From: Magallana gigas | Lineage: Eukaryota | Reading direction: 5' to 3' | Assembly (NCBI RefSeq): GCF_963853765.1 | Contig: NC_088854.1 | Location: 7,130,001 to 7,194,000, forward strand | Length of the DNA stretch: 64,000 bases | Shown here: positions 59,549 through 64,000 of the stretch, piece by piece | How positions within the stretch are numbered: the first letter of the stretch is position 1 | Layout of the letters: every line of letters begins with the position of its first letter | The notes under the pieces: generated by a model | Told to the model about the DNA's origin: nothing | What the model saw: only the letters and a program-made list of their open reading frames with translations | The model's database searches: none | Made by a program: the position numbers and the translations under genes

Positions 59549-62417
59549 ATGAGGCTAGTAATTCTTGACAATTATGACAAAGTCAGTGAGTGGGCCGCTA
59601 AGTACATCAGGAGAAGAATCAACGATTTTAAGCCAGGACCAGACAAGTACTTCACTCTGGGTCTACCAACAGGTATAATATTGTATTGTGCCGTAGAAAA
59701 AACTGAATTGTGGTGTATTCTTTAAATGCTAGAGAACTCGTACCCAAAAGAAGTTGTACATGAAGAACTTATACTGTACTGCATTGGTTCAAGTTCTTCT
59801 GAATCAGTCGAACTAATTAAATTGGCATGCATAGATCATGTGAACAAGACAATATATTGAAGTACAAACTTCTCAGATAAAACACTATACATGCAATACC
59901 GGTTAGTATATACCCCATGTAACATTTGATGATTGTCACATAATAGTGATCAGTTATCATTTTGTCTACATGCACACATTGACAAGTTTAAACAAAAACA
60001 GGTTTTCAGCAAAAAATATAGTATACTGTTGCTGGTACAATGTACTTACAATGTAATTATGTGTCCTACTCTTTATTTCTGTTTGATTATTCATTATTAC
60101 AATGTTTACATTAATAATACATGGCTGATGTACATGTATTTTCATTTTTTTTTCCCATTAGGAAGCACACCATTGGGGACGTACAAAAAGCTGATAGAAT
60201 TTCACAAAGCTGGTGCACTAAGCTTTAAGTATGTCAAGACATTCAACATGGATGAATATGTAGGTCAGTAAAAGCTTCATGGAGTTTATGCTGTTGTTCA
60301 TATAGAATAGGCTATTGTTCCATGCTTTGAATTCTGATCCACTTGTCTGTATAAGAAAATGATTCACCATTTTGAATTATAGACCTGTATTATCACCCAC
60401 GTGCATGCAGTCATTGATGGCAACTGGGCATCTTTGCCTGGCATAGGTTTAGAAGGATTCGTTCCTATCTCTGTAGAGGAGAGTAGTGGATTATAAATCC
60501 TACGCTAGTGAAGATGGCACCTGGGATTAAAGTGGAAAGAAGTAAATGTTGCTATTGTCCCCAGGTTAACAGGTTAATTGTCCCCAGGTTAACTGTGTGT
60601 GTGTGTGTGTGTGAATATATCGGGTCTCAATAGCTCTGTCACTAGAGTGCTGACATAGAATACTAGATGCTGTGGGTTTGATTTCCTGTTGAGACAAATT
60701 GACTTTTCACCAACTGTTGCACACTTAAACAGCGTAACGAAAGATCCAAAAGACTGAACAATAACCAGATGGATTAATAGCTAATTATGATTGCAAGAAT
60801 TTTTGACATGCTTTGACAATTGTTGTAGGCCTTCCCAGAGATCATCCGGAGAGTTATCACTCCTTTATGTGGAACCATTTCTTCAAGCATATTGACATAC
60901 AGCCAGAAAATGCCAATATTTTGGATGGCAACGCCACAGATGTCAAACAGGAGTGTGAGGATTTTGAAAGAAAAATTACAGAGGCTGGAGGCATCGAGCT
61001 GTTTGTAGGCGGTAGGGAATTACAAACAACAATATCTTATATTATATATAACAATAACAAAATATACGGTAACCAAAAATGTTACCTTATCAGACTGCAT
61101 GTCTCAAAAATCAAAACAAAGAAGAGAGGATCAGATGAAGCATTGCTAGATACCTACAGGTAATCATGTCTGTCATCGGTGATTATTAAAAGATGTAATC
61201 CTCTAATAAGTTTTCCTCAGGTTATATCGAGGCCTGCATTAATATACACTTACACAATTGTTTTAATACCAATGATAACCTTTGCACAAGCTTAGTTTTG
61301 TTCACCCAAGGTTTTGTCTATTGTAGATAAATTAGTTAATATTTAGCTTATGCTAATGTTTAATATTTTGTTTTATGTAACTCATATTCATGACTGTATG
61401 CCGATATGGTAATTGTCAATAGATGAATTGAATTGGATTAAATATCAAGCTCTTAGGAATAACAACGATAGTTCTTGTAATTTTACAATTCTTTGACAAT
61501 TTTTTAATAACAATTTTAGAATTGACAGTGATTTCATGAACTAAATACAGACCAAAATGTAAATGCATCATGATCAATGATCAGCTCACATCAGCTTACA
61601 TTGATATAATTATGGTTTTGTTCAGGAATTGGCCCGGACGGTCACATCGCATTCAATGAGCCAGGCTCCAGTCTGGTATCTAGGACCAGGATAAAGACCC
61701 TGAACAAGGACACCATTATGGCCAACGCTCGGTTCTTTGATGGTGACCTGTCTAAGGTTCCGCAGCAGGCTCTGACTGTAGGGGTGGGGACGGTGATGGA
61801 CGCCAGGGAGGTAATTTGATGTCACAGTCAGGTTAAAAATTCACTCTCTTTTACTTTCAATACACTCCATTTTTGACTCTTATTGGAAATGCTAAGTAGA
61901 ATTACATGCTAGAGCTGTTAAGAAAGGAAAGTTATAATCATGGTAGATAACAATCATCAAGAAGCAAAAAGGAGGAGGGCTGGTCCCACCGCTTTTGGAA
62001 AAAAAAATGTACTCTTTTCTTATAGTTATCTATTAAAAAAAATAGTACAAGCCAAATTTGCCCCTCCTCTTTTTGTCTGACCCCATTCACTATTTGTCTC
62101 GCCCTTCTGCTTTAAAATACTATGCCACCTGCCTGAACAATCATGGAAGGGTTTTGTATTTTTAAAAGGTGATGATTTTGATTACTGGAGCCCACAAAGC
62201 CCTGGCCCTCCACAAGGCCATAGAGGAGGGGGTGTGTCACATGTGGACCGTGTCCGCCTTCCAGCAGCACCCCCAGTCCATCTTCATCTGTGATGAGGAT
62301 GCCACTCTAGAGCTCAAGGTCAAAACGGTCAGGTACTTCAAGGAGTTGATGTCCCTCCACAATCAGCTGGTGGATGACCCTGTGAAGGACAAGATCAAAG
62401 GGGTCAAGGCCAGCTAG
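59549..62417 (+). CDS. GNPDA: Glucosamine-6-phosphate deaminase/isomerase, ~280 aa, 5 exons
   Basis: Exons 59549-59672, 60162-60263, 60829-61011, 61626-61810, 62169-62417 (843 nt); [58 protein letters not shown]. Confidence 0.97.
60624..60696 (+). pseudogene. Degenerate tRNA-like sequence (tRNA pseudogene or tRNA-derived SINE head)
   Basis: 73 nt with canonical spacing: acceptor GTCTCAA/TTGAGAC, D stem GCTC/GAGT, A-box-like TAGCTCTGTC, decayed B box GGTTTGATTTCC; anticodon stem mismatched. Confidence 0.55.
61265..61438 (+). mobile_element. Short LINE 3'-UTR fragment, uninterrupted homologue of 29925-30592
   Basis: CACAAGCTTAGTTTTGTTCACCCAA..TTAGTTAA..TTTTATGTAACTCATATTCATGACTGTATGCC..GGTAATTGTCA..GAATTGAATTG. 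Confidence 0.8.
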
Positions 62418-63729
62418 GCATCTCACCACACAGAGGGAGGAGAAATCCACAGGGAGGGCCCCAGATAACGACTGCATGTCCACGGGATATGTTGGCTAGT
62501 CCTATTTAACTTTCATTGGTGCTTATCACTGGTAGTGCTTTAGATTTATTATTACCGGGTAGTTTATGTTCATAAGTACTGTGTATATGTTTGTTAAATT
62601 GTTTAACATGAAAATTATTTTGACTATTGATTTTATAAGCTATATGCCAGAGTCATTTATGAATTACCTCAAATTAAAAACAGCAATATATTTTTCTTGC
62701 TATGTTTTGTTTGGAATTTTTCTATTCAAGATTCTTGCCTATCTCAGATCTTGCTACCTGTTCATATTAAGATCTGATTTTCTTACCTCTATTTTGTGTG
62801 CATTTTTCAGGCTTTTATAGTTTCCAATTCATTTAATACGGTTTTGTCATCTTATCAGCTGTATCTATTGTAATAAGAATGAACAGGTTGTGTACATTAT
62901 ATAGAGAACCCATACTACTTCATAAGATGTTACCTTCAATTCATGCTGTCTTGTAAGAACTCCATTGCCAGTGCTTTTACCAGTATATAAATATATCTGT
63001 GTATAACTTAGAAATAGATCTACTATAATTCAGGGTAAAGAGTCAGTGTATCAATGTGGTAATTTGTCTATCTTCGTAATAGTTATGGGATAATTTAAGA
63101 TTCTTTTTTTTATAGATACACATGTATTTCCAATTCTAAATTTTTATAACCCCATAAAAGAGAAAAATTCCTTTACATACATGTATGTATGAAAAATTAT
63201 TCATAGCTTTTTTAAAATGTAATATATTTTGAAATTATAAAATATGACACCCCTCTGTGTAATTATCAAAATTGTGACCAACATTTTTATATAAAAAGGA
63301 AATCGTACCACTTGAACTATTACATTCCAATCTCACGAATCTCTGCTCCTTTGTGTAGTTTGATTCTTTGAAAGATTCCAATTATTAAATTGTATGAATG
63401 TATCAATAATTTGATAAATTAAAAAATATTCAATTTGATGTTTATTAGACTGCCTTAATCTTCAGACTTGGAGCCCTTGTTATAGTGCATCAATGATTAC
63501 TACTGTGAATGGAAACAAAACAATTCACTTATTTAAGAGACACGGTATAAAGATTTTCCAGTGTCTTTGTTTGCATTAGCCCTACAAATTACATTTGTAA
63601 CATATAGTTCAATAATTTCATCAATGACACAAATGAAGTACTGTTGGGGCACTAGCAGGGTTCGCATTAATATACAAAATGAAAGCATAAAAATGTTAAT
63701 AATTTAATCGTACACTTGCCATAGTATGT

Positions 63730-64000
63730 CATAAGAAATAATTCTTTGAATATTAAGAGGAGATCAAATCTATCATACAGTCGGACTTCATTGGATTTGA
63801 TCACGCCCAGACCCTAAAGATTGTCTCATAACAAAAACTGATTCCTCATTCCTTAATTTTAAAATATTCCTCATGATTCTACATATATATTCATACAAGT
63901 ACACTTTCCGAACATTATCCAAATGTACCGTATATCGTAAGAAATAATTCTTTGAATATTAAGAGGTAATAGAATCTATCATACAGTCGGACTTTATTGG
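63730..64000. repeat. Dispersed palindromic-family fragments with a ~205-bp-spaced direct repeat, running off the window end
   Basis: AAGAAATAATTCTTTGAATATTAAGAGG..AATCTATCATACAGTCGGACTT occurs twice; ATTGGATTTGATCACGCCC shared with the 39.2 kb and 0.4 kb copies. Confidence 0.7.

Overview
AT-rich, intron-rich animal genomic DNA, most likely a bivalve mollusc. The ~166-bp tandem repeat resembles the Crassostrea/Magallana Cg170-type satellite; this is recalled, not searched. It is not prokaryotic: no operons or CRISPR. Eight protein-coding genes were reconstructed exon by exon with consistent reading frames: OGT (-, 21 exons), intronless COG8 (+), an SLC36/PAT amino-acid transporter (+), an F-box/LRR protein (-), beta-tubulin (+), a USP35/38-type deubiquitinase (+), mitochondrial ankyrin-AAA+ CLPB/Skd3 (-) and GNPDA (+). 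There is one initiator tRNA-Met gene. Repeats include Helentron-associated (HINE-like) elements carrying satellite arrays, MITEs with Mutator-, Kolobok-, hAT- and TA-type target duplications, a LINE 3' fragment, a frameshifted Crypton-type tyrosine recombinase remnant and long palindromes. The most interesting signal is OGT intron 4. It is by far the longest OGT intron and is positionally equivalent to the O-GlcNAc-regulated detained intron of mammals. It contains two candidate stop-containing decoy/poison exons and CpG-rich blocks. OGT also has a GC-AG intron with a duplicated acceptor. CLPB has an array of 17 copies of its Walker-A exon/donor junction.
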